A stretch of DNA of 64,000 bases, taken from Camelus ferus (lineage: Eukaryota). The notes beneath the pieces are model-generated. The model saw nothing but the letters and a program-made list of their open reading frames with translations, was not told the origin of the DNA and made no database searches. Below, in pieces: positions 63,633 to 64,000 of the stretch. Where the stretch lies: contig NC_045707.1 of assembly GCF_009834535.1 (NCBI RefSeq), forward strand, positions 46,068,001-46,132,000, read 5' to 3'. The translations under genes were made by a program, and so were the position numbers. Positions within the stretch are counted from its first letter, which is position 1, and every line of letters begins with the position of its first letter.

Positions 63633-64000
63633 AGAAAACTTAAGTTGTTTTCAAGGTTCCTACACCCAGGAGTCATCCAGCTCACCTTGAATATTAGGCT
63701 CTCTGCTCCTACAGATCCTTGGACTGAGACCCCAACCTCCCTTGTCAGTCTTACCTGGCTCCCCTGCTCTAAATGCCCTGGTTGAGTAGAGGTTACTTGA
63801 AGTCACCAAGTCTGCATTGAATCCCCACTTGTACCAGGCTCTGTGCCAGACGCAGGGTGTACAGGCAGATGGATGCAGTGCCCCCAATCCGGTGAGGACA
63901 CAGACCTGCAGGCGGAGTGTTCCCATGGGCTCCGCTGGGAAGGGTTGTGATGGAGTGAGCGGGCTGCTGTGGGAGGGCAGGAAGGCTTCCTGGGCTCCTG

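Overview
This is mammalian, repeat-rich, non-coding DNA, most likely from a camelid (alpaca, llama or camel). That species call is inferred from tRNA-Ala-derived Vic-1-like SINEs and young artiodactyl-type L1 3' ends. I found no recognisable host protein-coding exon, CpG island, rRNA or bona fide tRNA. The only ORFs I recognise are decayed L1 ORF1 (12877-13068, -) and L1 ORF2 (38532-38771, +) remnants. The window is a mosaic of MIR, L2, CR1/L3, old and young L1 fragments, solo LTRs (MLT1, MER34-like, LTR33, ERV1-like) and DNA-transposon fossils (MER3, MER94, MER46C, MER103C, Charlie4). It looks like the interior of a long intron, probably transcribed on +, but I cannot name the gene. I see no convincing novel multi-gene system. 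The best leads are: a ~40-bp G-U-containing hairpin in unique DNA (32288-32393), a recursive-splice or microexon motif (62311-62372), an orphan retro-inserted fragment (4572-4698), atypical L1 insertions, and a cluster of local duplications (48138-48545). Repeat names come from recalled consensus sequences, not a database search, and boundaries are approximate unless target-site duplications (TSDs) are quoted.
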